Below, one piece after another: positions 47,531-56,786 of a stretch of DNA of 64,000 nucleotides; the stretch's first letter is position 1, and the number at the start of each line of letters is the position of its first letter. Below the pieces are notes generated by a model, which saw nothing but the letters and a program-made list of their open reading frames with translations, was not told the DNA's origin and did no database searches. Source of the DNA: a virus. Its lineage: Duplodnaviria > Caudoviricetes. Made by a program: the position numbers and the translations under genes. Location: the IMG/VR virus record IMGVR_UViG_3300049215_000063, positions 2,147 through 66,146 of that record. The stretch is one strand, 5' to 3'.

Positions 47531-48208
47531 ATGATCATCCCCAACATCGCCGACTTCAATCACAACAACCCGGTCAACTTCACCGAGATCGCCGCGGCCG
47601 GCATCTGGGGCGTCATCATGAAGGCACGCCAGGGCCTCGGCTTTAAAGACCCTGCGTATGCCAAGCGTTACGCGGCGGCGAAGAGCGTCGGCCTCCTGGT
47701 TGCCGCCTACGACTTCGCGACGCACGATGTGGTCGCCGACAATGTCGCTGCGTTTCTCGCAACCGCGCAGCTCGGCCTCAATGACGGCGCCTGGCTCGAC
47801 TTCGAGGACAACAGCGCCTCGCAGATGACCGGCGACCAGGCCCACGAGTTTTTGGACCGCGTATCGCAAAAGCTCGGCCGCGCCTGCGGCATCTATGGCG
47901 GCAATCGGATTCGCGAGCAGATCGACCCGCAGGCGGCGAAATGGATCGACATGGCGGCCCGCGCGCCGCTGTGGCAGTGCCGCTATATCGGCGTGCAGCC
48001 GGACGACAATGACGAGTTATTCCGGTTCATTCATACGATCCCACCGTGGACCAAAAACACGATTATCCAATACACGGGTGATGGGGTCGGCCCGAAGCCG
48101 CACACGGTGCCGGGGCTTGAGAATGGCGCCGACCTCAACGTGTTCAATGGCACGCGCGAGGAGCTCGCGAAGGTCTGGGCCGGGGCACCGCTGGCGGGGC
48201 TCGCGTGA
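47531..48208 (+). CDS. endolysin, GH25 muramidase
   Basis: D.NH.N..KA.QG..F.DP, LDFE, GIYG, LW..Y, QYT, DLN.FNG. Confidence 0.88.
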   Translation: MIIPNIADFNHNNPVNFTEIAAAGIWGVIMKARQGLGFKDPAYAKRYAAAKSVGLLVAAYDFATHDVVADNVAAFLATAQLGLNDGAWLDFEDNSASQMTGDQAHEFLDRVSQKLGRACGIYGGNRIREQIDPQAAKWIDMAARAPLWQCRYIGVQPDDNDELFRFIHTIPPWTKNTIIQYTGDGVGPKPHTVPGLENGADLNVFNGTREELAKVWAGAPLAGLA

Positions 48209-48235
48209 GCCGAATGGTGATAGAGAGAGGTCACG

Positions 48236-48583
48236 ATGAAGGGACGACGCATTCCGATCACGGCCAAGACCGAGCAAGAGTTTAGCGCGAGCGACGACCG
48301 CTCGGTTGTGGGCCTGCTCGAGCAGCCGGGAGACTACTGCGGCCCTATCCTTGGCTACGCGGGCGATCGCCCATGCGTGTTTTTTCTCAAGCCGAATGCT
48401 CGCGACCCGAATGCGCCACGCCGCGCACGAAGCTGGCAGTACGTCGCGTCGCCCCCTCACACTTTCAGAGAGGAACCAAACGGCACGCTGACAATCACGC
48501 CGTCTATTAGTGATAAGGCCGGGCAGTCGGAAAGTGATGGCTGGCACGGCTACCTCACCGGAGGCGAATGGCACAAGGTCTAA
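48236..48583 (+). CDS. DUF6527-like protein
   Basis: TLTITPSI..WHGYLT.GEW. Confidence 0.6.
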   Translation: MKGRRIPITAKTEQEFSASDDRSVVGLLEQPGDYCGPILGYAGDRPCVFFLKPNARDPNAPRRARSWQYVASPPHTFREEPNGTLTITPSISDKAGQSESDGWHGYLTGGEWHKV

Positions 48584-48591
48584 GGTCTACA

Positions 48592-48903
48592 ATGCTGGCC
48601 GCAGCGCTCATCGGCGCCACATCGATCGCGCATGCCGAATCCGGCATCGCCTCGTTCTATACCGATCATCGAGTCGCATGCCCCGGCGAACACTACGACG
48701 CGCGGGCGCTCGCAGCCGCGCACCGCACGCTGCCGTGCCGATCTCGGGTGCGCGTCACCGCCCGCAATGGCCACACGATCGTGGTCCGCATCAACGACCG
48801 CGGCCCGTATATCCGCGGCCGCATCATCGATCTCACGCCCGCCGGCGCTCGCGCGCTCGGCATGGATGGGCTGGCGCACGTCACTGTGGAGAGGATCGAA
48901 TGA
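48592..48903 (+). CDS. exported RlpA-like lytic transglycosylase (double-psi beta-barrel)
   Basis: Leader ending AHA; GIASFY, AAAHRTLP, VRINDRGPY..GRIIDL. Confidence 0.88.
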   Translation: MLAAALIGATSIAHAESGIASFYTDHRVACPGEHYDARALAAAHRTLPCRSRVRVTARNGHTIVVRINDRGPYIRGRIIDLTPAGARALGMDGLAHVTVERIE

Positions 48904-49616
48904 AAGCGACGCGCATCGAGCAATTGGCGGATGGCGTCACGCTGTATTTGGGTGATTGTCGCGACGTGCTGCCTATGGTTCCGCGCGCGGATGCTGTGGT
49001 GATGGACCCGCCCTACGGCATGAACAAAGGCTTCGCCAATGACACACCGGAGGCCGCCGACGCGCTCGCCGCGCATGTGGTCGAATGGTGCCGCGCGCAC
49101 GTTCAAGGCAACGTGCTGGTCTTTTGGAGCGCACAGCGCCTTAGCGTAATTGAGCGGGTTTTCGCCCCTAAGCGAGTGATGATTTGGAACAAAACCTTCG
49201 CGATCTACGCCCCGAATAACGTCGGATACCGCTATGAACCCCTTATTTGGGTCGCGGGTAAGGAAGCGACGGCCAAAAGGGGCGACATTTTCGAGTCCTT
49301 CCCTATCGCGTTCAAGGCGCAAGCCGAGAATGAGGGGCACGAAACCCAAAAGCCGATGGAACTGCTTAAGGAAATCGTCCGCGATTTCACGAACAAGGGC
49401 GACATGATTCTTGACCCGTTCATGGGCAGCGGCACGACGGGCTGCGCAGCGGTCAATATGGGTCGCCGGTTCACTGGCATCGAAATTGAGCAGAAATACT
49501 TCGACATGGCGGCGCGCCGTATCAGTGACGCGCTGGCGCGCCCGGACCTTTTTGTGGACCGGCCCGCGCGCGCCGAGCCGCTGGAACTGCCGCTCGAATC
49601 TACAGGTAGACCATGA
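48900..49616 (+). CDS. DNA N4/N6 methyltransferase (beta class)
   Basis: LYLGDC, DPPY, H.TQKP, ILDPFMGSGTTG, GIE. Confidence 0.9.
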   Translation: MKATRIEQLADGVTLYLGDCRDVLPMVPRADAVVMDPPYGMNKGFANDTPEAADALAAHVVEWCRAHVQGNVLVFWSAQRLSVIERVFAPKRVMIWNKTFAIYAPNNVGYRYEPLIWVAGKEATAKRGDIFESFPIAFKAQAENEGHETQKPMELLKEIVRDFTNKGDMILDPFMGSGTTGCAAVNMGRRFTGIEIEQKYFDMAARRISDALARPDLFVDRPARAEPLELPLESTGRP

Positions 49617-49629
49617 GGGAGGCATTGCT

Positions 49630-49860
49630 GTGAAATCCGCCATTCTCATCCTCGCCATCCTCGCCGCGCCTGGCGAGATCGGCGCATTCGTCACGGCATG
49701 CACGCCGGATGCTTTGCGGCTGTGCACGGCCGAGCAACTGGCGGCGGCTGCAGCCTGCGGCAAGAGCGCAAGGTGTCCGCCTATCCACAAATGCTTTGCG
49801 GAACATCGGCGCGAGATTGGCGCCGCGTGCGGCGCTTTGCTGAAGAAGCGTGGGCATTAG
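49630..49860 (+). CDS. small Cys-rich exported protein
   Basis: Hydrophobic leader; ACTPDALRLC..CF..H....AC. Confidence 0.6.
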   Translation: MKSAILILAILAAPGEIGAFVTACTPDALRLCTAEQLAAAAACGKSARCPPIHKCFAEHRREIGAACGALLKKRGH

Positions 49861-49863
49861 CCG

Positions 49864-50583
49864 ATGACCATCACCATCGCGATCCTCTGCGGCATGACGA
49901 GCGAACTGCACGCGCTGCAAAGCGTGTTCGGCTCGTATCCCAACGTCGCGATCTACAGCGGCAGCGACCGCCTGCATCTGCCCGAGCTCGTGCCGACAAC
50001 GGTTGCCAGGATCATCGACATGGGCTTGGGCGGTGGGTTAGGGCCGCCGGACCCATACGGCTACGTCCTTAAAGTTCCGGATGTGGTGTCGGCAACGACG
50101 CTCGCCGACAAGCGCGGCGAACTGATCGACGCGGAATCGCTCTGGATGGATGCCGCGATACTGACGGCGGCGCTCGCCGGGATCGTCGTTCACAAACTGC
50201 CGTACTATTCGGATGGCGAATTCAACGAGTCCAACACCAAGGCGCAACGCGAATATATCCGCCGGCTCAGCGCCAATCACGCGCTCGCCATGAGCGACGA
50301 AACGCGGTTCGCCGCGGCTCTTGCGCAGCAGCGCAAGATCGAATTCGGCATCTGGCGGGTCATGTCGGATGTGTGGCCGATGACACTGCCGCCTGCGGCG
50401 CGGGGTGCGATCCTCAATTCGGACGGGTCGGTCAATATCGCCGCGCTCGCGGGTTCGCTGGCATCCGATCCGGAGCAGATACCGGCACTTATTCAGCTCG
50501 GCCATGACGGCGTGGCGTCGCTCGACATGCTGCGAAAGTCGGCAAGCGCCGTGGCGGCCGTGTTCGCAGAACCTTCGCACTGA
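49864..50583 (+). CDS. nucleoside phosphorylase-fold protein (HpnG-like)
   Basis: CGM..E, G.GGGL.P, MSDET, RVMSD....LPPAA..A...DG.V. Confidence 0.6.
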   Translation: MTITIAILCGMTSELHALQSVFGSYPNVAIYSGSDRLHLPELVPTTVARIIDMGLGGGLGPPDPYGYVLKVPDVVSATTLADKRGELIDAESLWMDAAILTAALAGIVVHKLPYYSDGEFNESNTKAQREYIRRLSANHALAMSDETRFAAALAQQRKIEFGIWRVMSDVWPMTLPPAARGAILNSDGSVNIAALAGSLASDPEQIPALIQLGHDGVASLDMLRKSASAVAAVFAEPSH

Positions 50584-50597
50584 AAACGGAGACGGTA

Positions 50598-50882
50598 GTG
50601 GATTTTCAGCAGCCGCCAGCCGTTGTCGAAGTCAAGACGACAGAACGTCACGATATCAAAGAAGAGACAATCGAACATGTGGCGCGGCTGCTTGCGCGCG
50701 CGGAAGGCGTCGATCCTGATGCTGATATGCGATACAGCTTGCCCCGGCTCGATTCGATGACTGTCACCTGTGACGCCGTCGGAATGCAATATCCGACGTC
50801 CCTCGCATGGAACAACTACCGGCGGCAGGCTGAAAAACTGCTGCGTGATTTGTTTGCAAAAGGAGAATGCCATGCAAATTGA
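50598..50882 (+). CDS. hypothetical protein
   Basis: GGAG SD; IEHVAR.LA...G.DPD..W..Y...A. Confidence 0.55.
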   Translation: MDFQQPPAVVEVKTTERHDIKEETIEHVARLLARAEGVDPDADMRYSLPRLDSMTVTCDAVGMQYPTSLAWNNYRRQAEKLLRDLFAKGECHAN

Positions 50883-51648
50883 TCCAAAAATCACCTTCTG
50901 GTTCGGCGTGTGGACCAATATTCTCATGCTGATCGGCGGCGGCACGATCAAGTTCGCCGGACTGCTATCCGATCCGATCGCATTCAAGGTGACCGGCTGG
51001 TGCCTCTTCACGGCGACCATCAACAGCGTGATCCTTACGGCTCTGACCGGCTATTCGTCGAACGCTAAAGGGCCGCTGGTCAATACGCCGACTGTTCCGC
51101 CTGTGGTCAAGACCGCAGCCGTGCTGGCGCTGTGCGTGATCGTTGGGACGTTCGCATTCGGCCCATCCCCGGCCATGGCGCAAGGTAAGAAGCCGGCACC
51201 GCCGCCGTTCTGCGATCCGCTCAAGCTCTTGCCCGGCTGCGCCGTCGCCACGACGGGCGGCGCGCTCATCAGCATCGAGCAGGTCATCAAGAATATCGGG
51301 GCGGCGCAGGATGCCGACCTCGCCTACGCCAAGGCGCTTGCCGACAACGCCGCCACGCCGGGCAGCAAGCTTCGGTCGGCATGCCTCGCGGCCATCATCG
51401 CAGCCAAGGCCCAGGTCGAAGGCGCGGCGCTCAAAAAAGCGGATGGCACCGTGTGGGCAAAGCCGGAGCCGGGCATCATTTCGACCATGGAGCAGGGTGC
51501 CGAACTGGTCGACGACCTTCAGCCGACGGCGCCGCTCGTTTCGGGCTGTGCCGCCGCGGCGAACGCCGCCGCGCAGAACGTCCTGACTGTGGTCAACGGC
51601 ATTGCGACCGGGGCATTGCTCAAGGCGGCGACCGGAGGGGTATTGTGA
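50872..51648 (+). CDS. membrane protein (holin/spanin-like)
   Basis: AGGAG SD; three hydrophobic segments then a Cys-containing helical domain. Confidence 0.6.
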   Translation: MQIDPKITFWFGVWTNILMLIGGGTIKFAGLLSDPIAFKVTGWCLFTATINSVILTALTGYSSNAKGPLVNTPTVPPVVKTAAVLALCVIVGTFAFGPSPAMAQGKKPAPPPFCDPLKLLPGCAVATTGGALISIEQVIKNIGAAQDADLAYAKALADNAATPGSKLRSACLAAIIAAKAQVEGAALKKADGTVWAKPEPGIISTMEQGAELVDDLQPTAPLVSGCAAAANAAAQNVLTVVNGIATGALLKAATGGVL

Positions 51649-51881
51649 CGGCGCCGCTAAAATCTCGCAGCGAGCGCGCAACGGCCGCACTCGATGCGGC
51701 ATTCGAAAGACAAATCGGGCAGCGCTTCGACGCTTATAACAGTTGGATCGCGGCAGGCCCGCACGAACTCAAAGAGTTAGGCGTCGACGATCCGGACCCG
51801 GCATTCGAAGCCGGCATGCGCGAGTTGAAAGCCGCCGCCGAGCGCGCGCAAACCATCATCGCCAGGGTGTTCGGGCCATGA
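51645..51881 (+). CDS. hypothetical protein
   Basis: Coupled GTGA start. Confidence 0.55.
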   Translation: MTAPLKSRSERATAALDAAFERQIGQRFDAYNSWIAAGPHELKELGVDDPDPAFEAGMRELKAAAERAQTIIARVFGP

Positions 51882-52378
51882 CCACGACCATCCGATTCGT
51901 CCAGGGCTCCGAAGCATCATCTCGAGCTATAGTGGCTTTGGAAAAGACCGCTATGCCGTTCACACCTTCTCACGTCGAGGCGCTGACACCTGACGGCGGC
52001 TTTTATCTCGGTTCGATGCTCGACGGCGGCGTGCAGAAACGTCCGGTGGGCTATGACCGGGGGCTGATAGCCATCGATCCGACGACCGGAAAAGAACGGG
52101 AGCTGCTGCTTCAGGTCGATACGACGCCGGAACAGGATGCGAAGCTCCGGGCTTTCCTCAAAAGCAAGATCGGCGAGCCGTATGATTCCCCGGCGATCTT
52201 CGGATTTGTCATCCCGATCCATGAGCATTTGTTGAACCACGCGATCTGCTCGGCGCTCATTACGTTGGCATTGCGTGCCTGCGGCTGGTTCGCGACGCCG
52301 CTCGCGGCGCCGGCGCATCTCATCGACCCGCGCGATCTGCTGCTTCTCATCAGCGGGCGCATGTACGTTCCGATGTGA
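51878..52378 (+). CDS. permuted papain-like (NlpC/P60-related) enzyme
   Basis: SHVE precedes G.PYD..ICSAL (His before Cys). Confidence 0.7.
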   Translation: MTTTIRFVQGSEASSRAIVALEKTAMPFTPSHVEALTPDGGFYLGSMLDGGVQKRPVGYDRGLIAIDPTTGKERELLLQVDTTPEQDAKLRAFLKSKIGEPYDSPAIFGFVIPIHEHLLNHAICSALITLALRACGWFATPLAAPAHLIDPRDLLLLISGRMYVPM

Positions 52379-52771
52379 CGGAGGCAACCTTGAAAACAAT
52401 CGTTCATCCGACAACCGGCCGTTCCTTCAAGCTCGGCCGCCGCCCGATCGCGCGCTGCCCGCGCCTGTCGCTGCGCAACTATCTGCTCAAGAGCTTTCCC
52501 ACCGCGCCGGCGTTCGTCGATTATTCCGCCGCGCCGGCTGCGTTCCTCGCCGAAATTCTCGGTAATGATATGCTCGGCGACTGCACCGCCGCAGGGGCCT
52601 TCCACGTCGGCGGCACGCTGCTCGCCAATGCGGGTCAGCCGGTACGCCGCTGGCGGCGCCGGCGAACTCTACGCCGTGCTCGGCCCCGATGCGATCGACA
52701 AGGCGACGGCAAAGGCTCCGAACGGTTTCGATTTTTCGCAGCTCGTCGCCGACATCATCAGCATGCGGTAG
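52375..52771 (+). pseudogene. papain-like peptidase with internal deletion
   Basis: LGNDMLGDCTAAG catalytic motif; at ~52643 jumps to a family-like C-terminus (ELYAV..APNGFD..QL.AD) in another frame. Confidence 0.6.
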
Positions 52772-52785
52772 GAGGGAATCGATAA

Positions 52786-53115
52786 ATGTCGGAAGCCGCC
52801 ATTGCCGATCTCGATCGACGGGTGACCAGCCTGGAGTCTGTCGTTACTTCAAGCCTCAATCGCATCGAGGGTCTCATCCGCCAGGAGATTCAGGACCTCA
52901 AGACCGAGCAGATATCGGACCTGAAAAAGAGCATCGAGCGTATCGGCGACGATCAACGTCGCGTATGGGAAGCTGTCCGTTCGCTCGAGGGTGGCGACAA
53001 GCTTCGCACCGGCGCCGCGCGGGCGGTCGACAAATTCGGCAATTTTATCTCGATCGGCCTCGGTGCCACCATCGGCGCGATCGTGACTTGGTTGACATCA
53101 GGCAGGCACCCGTGA
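52786..53115 (+). CDS. coiled-coil protein with C-terminal TM helix (lysis-associated)
   Basis: GGAGG SD; heptad pattern then FISIGLGATIGAIVTWL. Confidence 0.65.
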   Translation: MSEAAIADLDRRVTSLESVVTSSLNRIEGLIRQEIQDLKTEQISDLKKSIERIGDDQRRVWEAVRSLEGGDKLRTGAARAVDKFGNFISIGLGATIGAIVTWLTSGRHP

Positions 53116-53451
53116 CGGGACCGCGCGCGGCGGGCATAGTTTCGTGCTTAGGGCACATCGTCCGGCTCTAATTTCAGCCTGACTATCAAACGCAATAGTT
53201 GGAACTGTCAACCAATTTGAAAGATTTTCTTACTATGATAACGTGCCGCAAAGGGAGCATAGCCATGAAGAAGTCATTGAAACGCAAAGAGAAATCTTTG
53301 GCGGACCAGCATGCGCAATTGTTTGTGCCGATTCCTTATGTTCCGATAAATAGTCTTTACGACCTGCGGCAACCTGACTTTCGCCCGATGGTCACCAGCG
53401 TGGTTGCCGGCGGCGCGGCCGAGCAGCCAGTTGAGAGTTGGAGCATTCAGA

Positions 53452-53877
53452 ATGCCAAATTGGGGGGAAGTGCTAAATGAGATCAATCAAACACGCGCGC
53501 AATTAGCGGCGCAGGCAAATGCCATTGCCAACTCGGTGATGGCACAGGCGAATGGTGCAGTAGACACCGTACGGCGCAAATATCTCGCTCTTCTTCACCA
53601 AAAAACGCAACGTAACATCATCGCTTACTATTCTGGCTTTCTGTCCAAGCCGGAACACCTCGCGCTAGATATTAGCGATGAGGACAAGAACGGGTTTATG
53701 ACAGCCGTTCATCAGTTAGACCGCTCAATCGGTCTCGATCTGATTTTGCATACGCCTGGAGGTCGCATTGCGGCGACCCAATCCATCGTCGATTATTTGC
53801 ACAAAATGTTTCAAGGCGATATTCGTGCCATCGTTCCCCAAATTGCAATGTCGGGAGGCACGATGATCGCGTGTTGA
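53452..53877 (+). pseudogene. truncated ClpP-fold serine protease (S49/SDH-like)
   Basis: IIAYYSGFL, LDLILHTPGG, AMSGGTMIAC then stop; C-terminal half missing. Confidence 0.75.
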
Positions 53878-53928
53878 CTGCAAGGCCAATTAGTTATATA
53901 AGTATTATACTGCTTTGGGGCGGAAAGG

Positions 53929-54001
53929 CCCCCACGGCAGGATTCGGACCTGCGACCTCCTGTTTAGCTACAGGTGCTCTTGTCCACTGAGCTACGTGGG
54001 G
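53929..54001 (-). ncRNA. tRNA-like RNA with a 6-nt anticodon loop
   Basis: CCCCACG/CGTGGGG, GCTC/GAGC, CCTGT-AGCTAA-ACAGG, GCAGG-TCCGAAT-CCTGC; all stems perfect, no CCA. Confidence 0.7.
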
Positions 54002-54118
54002 CCGAGTTGGAAGCCGGACGTCGCTCATGCGACGGCCGGCCCCGGTGCGGAAGCGGCTAGCTGCTCATGTACCACCTACCTTTCGCGCCCCTGGCAGGGG
54101 GCGGCTACACTTGGTTGA

Positions 54119-54153
54119 CGGAAACCGGGGCATTTTCGCCCCGGTTTTCATTT
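54119..54153. terminator. hairpin, probable terminator
   Basis: GAAACCGGGGC-ATTTTC-GCCCCGGTTTT then T-rich tail. Confidence 0.6.
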
Positions 54154-54156
54154 CTG

Positions 54157-55580
54157 GGCGATGTTTCACTTGACTTACCCAACCCCCAGGGCTAGGCTTG
54201 TCATCATTGGAGATAGCCATGGCCAAGCCCGTCCTTTCCGATCCCCGGTTCTTTAGCGAAGAAGCCGCTTTCGAGTACGTCGAAGCCCAGCTTTGGCCGA
54301 GCGGCCCGGTTTGCCCGCACTGCGGTGCGACGGGTGAAAAGATCGGCCATTTGCAGGGCGTCCGTTCCAAGCCGAGCAAGAAGAACCCCGAAGGCGTCGT
54401 GCAGATCGGCCTGCGTAAGTGCTACGCCTGCCGTCAGCCCTTCACGGTGCGCAAGGGCACGATTTTTGAGGATAGTCATCTCCCCTTGCGGATGTGGCTT
54501 CAGGCCATCCACCTGCTTTGCGCCTCGAAGAAGGGCATCTCTACGCGCCAGCTTCAGCGAATGCTTGGCTGCGGCATGAAAACCGCTTGGCATCTCGGGC
54601 ATCGCATTCGGGAGATGATGACGCCCGATAAGAGCGGCCCGATTGGCGGGCCCGGCAAGACGAGCCTAAGCCCGACGATCCTGCGCAGTACAAACGCTTC
54701 GTCGAAGCCGCACGTGAAGCTGACGCCGATGAGACAGAAGAAGGGGCTGATCGCGCGTTCAAGAAAATTGCCTCCAAACCGGCTAAAGATTGCAAAGACC
54801 GTTCATAAAAACGCGAACGGCGTTTAGAACATCACGTGCTTGCGACGGGGTATAGGTCGTAGCGGGGTGCATCGTGTTATTCCGCCACACAGACCCGACA
54901 TGATGCAGATTGGCGCGAGCCTCCTCCCATTTGTTTTTCTTGCGTTTTTGCGCTTCCGTCGCTTCTGGCATTTTCTTGATTTTGTCGTCCATTTGGCCGG
55001 TCATCTGTCGCCACGTAGTTTGCGGAGTGATCGTTACTCTTAGGCGTCGGCCTAGCTGCCGTACCGCAGCTTCCATGGCCCGCATGAGATGAAATACACA
55101 TGCGGTAGCCTGTCCCAAAGCAAGGCAGTTTCCGGCGTTTTTTATGTCTTCGACGGTTGGCTTAAATTTGGTGGCGACAAGTTCGCCAAAAAGCTTGTCA
55201 TTTCCGTAGAATTGAACGTCATCGTTCGGAACGCGAAAGAATTTCTGCGACGCCAGATCATCCTGCACCCTTGAGAGCAAATGCGTAATCGCTTGTACTA
55301 TTGGCAATCTCTGAGCGGCGAATCTTGGAGAGATCAAAAGTGCTATGCGATCTAATTCGGGGGTGACATTGCCCATCCCGGCCGCGACGCATGCCTCGCG
55401 CATTAAATCTAAGCCATAAGCAACGGCAAATGACACCTGCCTATCGGCGACCGGTTGTTCCCCAGGCTGCAATGGAGCCGGAAAACACAATATTTTTGCG
55501 TCGGACAGCGCGACAATCGCTTTGGCAAACTTCAATCCGTATTCATCCAGCATATCCCACAGGCTCCATAGCCCGTGAGA
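54157..55580 (+). mobile_element. IS1595-family element remnant
   Basis: Left end GGCGATGTTTCACTTGAC resembles the intact IS TIR; transposase lacks the DDE domain; right TIR not found. Confidence 0.65.
54219..54662 (+). pseudogene. IS1595 transposase N-terminal half
   Basis: WP.GPVCPHCG..C..C..FTV..GTIFEDSH..KKGIS..QL..KTAW..HRIRE; ends at GGPGKT before the expected VEADET motif. Confidence 0.85.
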
Positions 55581-55631
55581 CTCGGGAAATAGTGGCGACG
55601 GGGGAGGCGTGGTTATGGGGGTTGTGGTCAC
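54783..55631 (-). CDS. HEPN-like protein (IS passenger, N-terminus possibly fused to a phage gene)
   Basis: AGNCLALG..TACVFHLMRAME and WRNNTMH (RxxxxH) motifs. Confidence 0.65.
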   Translation of the reverse strand: MTTTPITTPPPSPLFPESHGLWSLWDMLDEYGLKFAKAIVALSDAKILCFPAPLQPGEQPVADRQVSFAVAYGLDLMREACVAAGMGNVTPELDRIALLISPRFAAQRLPIVQAITHLLSRVQDDLASQKFFRVPNDDVQFYGNDKLFGELVATKFKPTVEDIKNAGNCLALGQATACVFHLMRAMEAAVRQLGRRLRVTITPQTTWRQMTGQMDDKIKKMPEATEAQKRKKNKWEEARANLHHVGSVWRNNTMHPATTYTPSQARDVLNAVRVFMNGLCNL

Positions 55632-56515
55632 GGGAAAACCAGCGTTTTACCATTCCAGGCGCAATCTGGAATGTTCGATTTGATGTAGGCCAAAATCTCG
55701 GCGTCCAGCGGGGCGCGCTTGGCCTCGTAGTCGGCGTACAGCGGGGCGCGCTTGGCCTTGTATTCGGCGTCCAGCGCGGCAAGCTTGGCCTCGTAGTCGG
55801 CGTACAGCGGGGCGCGCTGGGCCTCGTAGTCGGCGTACAGCGGGACGCGCTTGGCCTCGTAGTCGGCGTCCAGCGGGACGCGCTTGGCCTCGTAGTCGGC
55901 GTCCAGCGCGGCGCGCTTGGCCTTGTATTCGGCGTCCAGCGGGGCGCGCTTGGCCTCGTAGTCGGCGTACAGCGGGACGCGCTTGGCCTCGTAGTCGGCG
56001 TCCAGCGCGGCAAGCTTGGCCTCGTAGTCGGCGTACAGCGGGGCGCGCTGGGCCTCGTAGTCGGCGTACAGCGGGACGCGCTTGGCCTCGTAGTCGGCGT
56101 ACAGCGGGGCGCGCTGGGCCTCGTAGTCGGCGTCCAGCGGGACGCGCTTGGCCTCGTAGTCGGCGTCCAGCGGGGCGCGCTTGGCCTTGTATTCGGCGTC
56201 CAGCGCGGCAAGCTTGGCCTCGTAGTCGGCGTACAGCGCGGCGAGCTTGGCCTCGTAGTCGGCGTCCAGCGCGGCGAGCTTGGCTATCGCTTCACAACCG
56301 CCAAGATAGATCATATTATGAAGGCGGATAGCCACTTCATTTTTTGGCTTCTTACGCTTCACATAATCTAGGCGCTCATTCACATCGTGCGATTCTTCGC
56401 ACAATTGTTCATGGTGCAAGAACGCAAACCAACCTTTTGTGGGGCCGGTATAGTTGTAACGCCCTGGAAACAACGTGTTCTTGGACGTCTTGCGAGTTTT
56501 GCTGATCTTGGTCAT
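55628..56515 (-). CDS. protein with 18 x 11-aa helical repeats
   Basis: HHE..IRL N-terminal domain, (AKRAPLDADYE)n, PDCAWNGKTL C-terminus. Confidence 0.8.
   Translation of the reverse strand: MTKISKTRKTSKNTLFPGRYNYTGPTKGWFAFLHHEQLCEESHDVNERLDYVKRKKPKNEVAIRLHNMIYLGGCEAIAKLAALDADYEAKLAALYADYEAKLAALDAEYKAKRAPLDADYEAKRVPLDADYEAQRAPLYADYEAKRVPLYADYEAQRAPLYADYEAKLAALDADYEAKRVPLYADYEAKRAPLDAEYKAKRAALDADYEAKRVPLDADYEAKRVPLYADYEAQRAPLYADYEAKLAALDAEYKAKRAPLYADYEAKRAPLDAEILAYIKSNIPDCAWNGKTLVFP
55691..56284 (-). repeat. 33-bp coding tandem repeat, 18 units
   Basis: Counted from translation; no unique spacers. Confidence 0.92.
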
Positions 56516-56703
56516 GCCGTGGTCCTTCGTGGTGTTGCGGGGCGCCGCGCATTGCGGCGGTATTGATACTCGCCATGCTCGACGTGCAGGCCTTGCGGTG
56601 TTCGTGTGATCTTTGCGGGCATGCATGGATCCTTTCCAAGCCGGTTACGAACTCTCGCCAGTCGTGGTGATAAGCGTGTTGCCTGAGCCGACGCCGGCCC
56701 ACG

Positions 56704-56786
56704 GCCCGAAACATTCTCCGTGTCGGGGCGGAACGTCGCCCTCCTGTTGAGGAAATCCTCGCCCTTTAGGGCGGGAAAGACGTTAA
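56704..56786 (+). mobile_element. tnpB: IS200/IS605 right-end remnant with tnpB 3' end
   Basis: ARNILRVGAERRPPVEEILAL-stop overlapping hairpin CGCCCT-TT-AGGGCG and ending GACGTTAA, typical IS605 right end. Confidence 0.7.

Noticed and set aside
53929-54001. Amber suppressor tRNA / stop-codon recoding
   Set aside because: CTA lies in a 6-nt loop without U33, and genes use TAG as a normal stop
55691-56284. Possible CRISPR array
   Set aside because: Contiguous 33-bp units with no unique spacers, in frame within a gene; no cas genes
55391-56371. 326-aa plus-strand ORF of VQRGALGLVVG repeats
   Set aside because: Antisense shadow of the stop-free repeat; the minus-strand ORF fits the operon and has sensible termini
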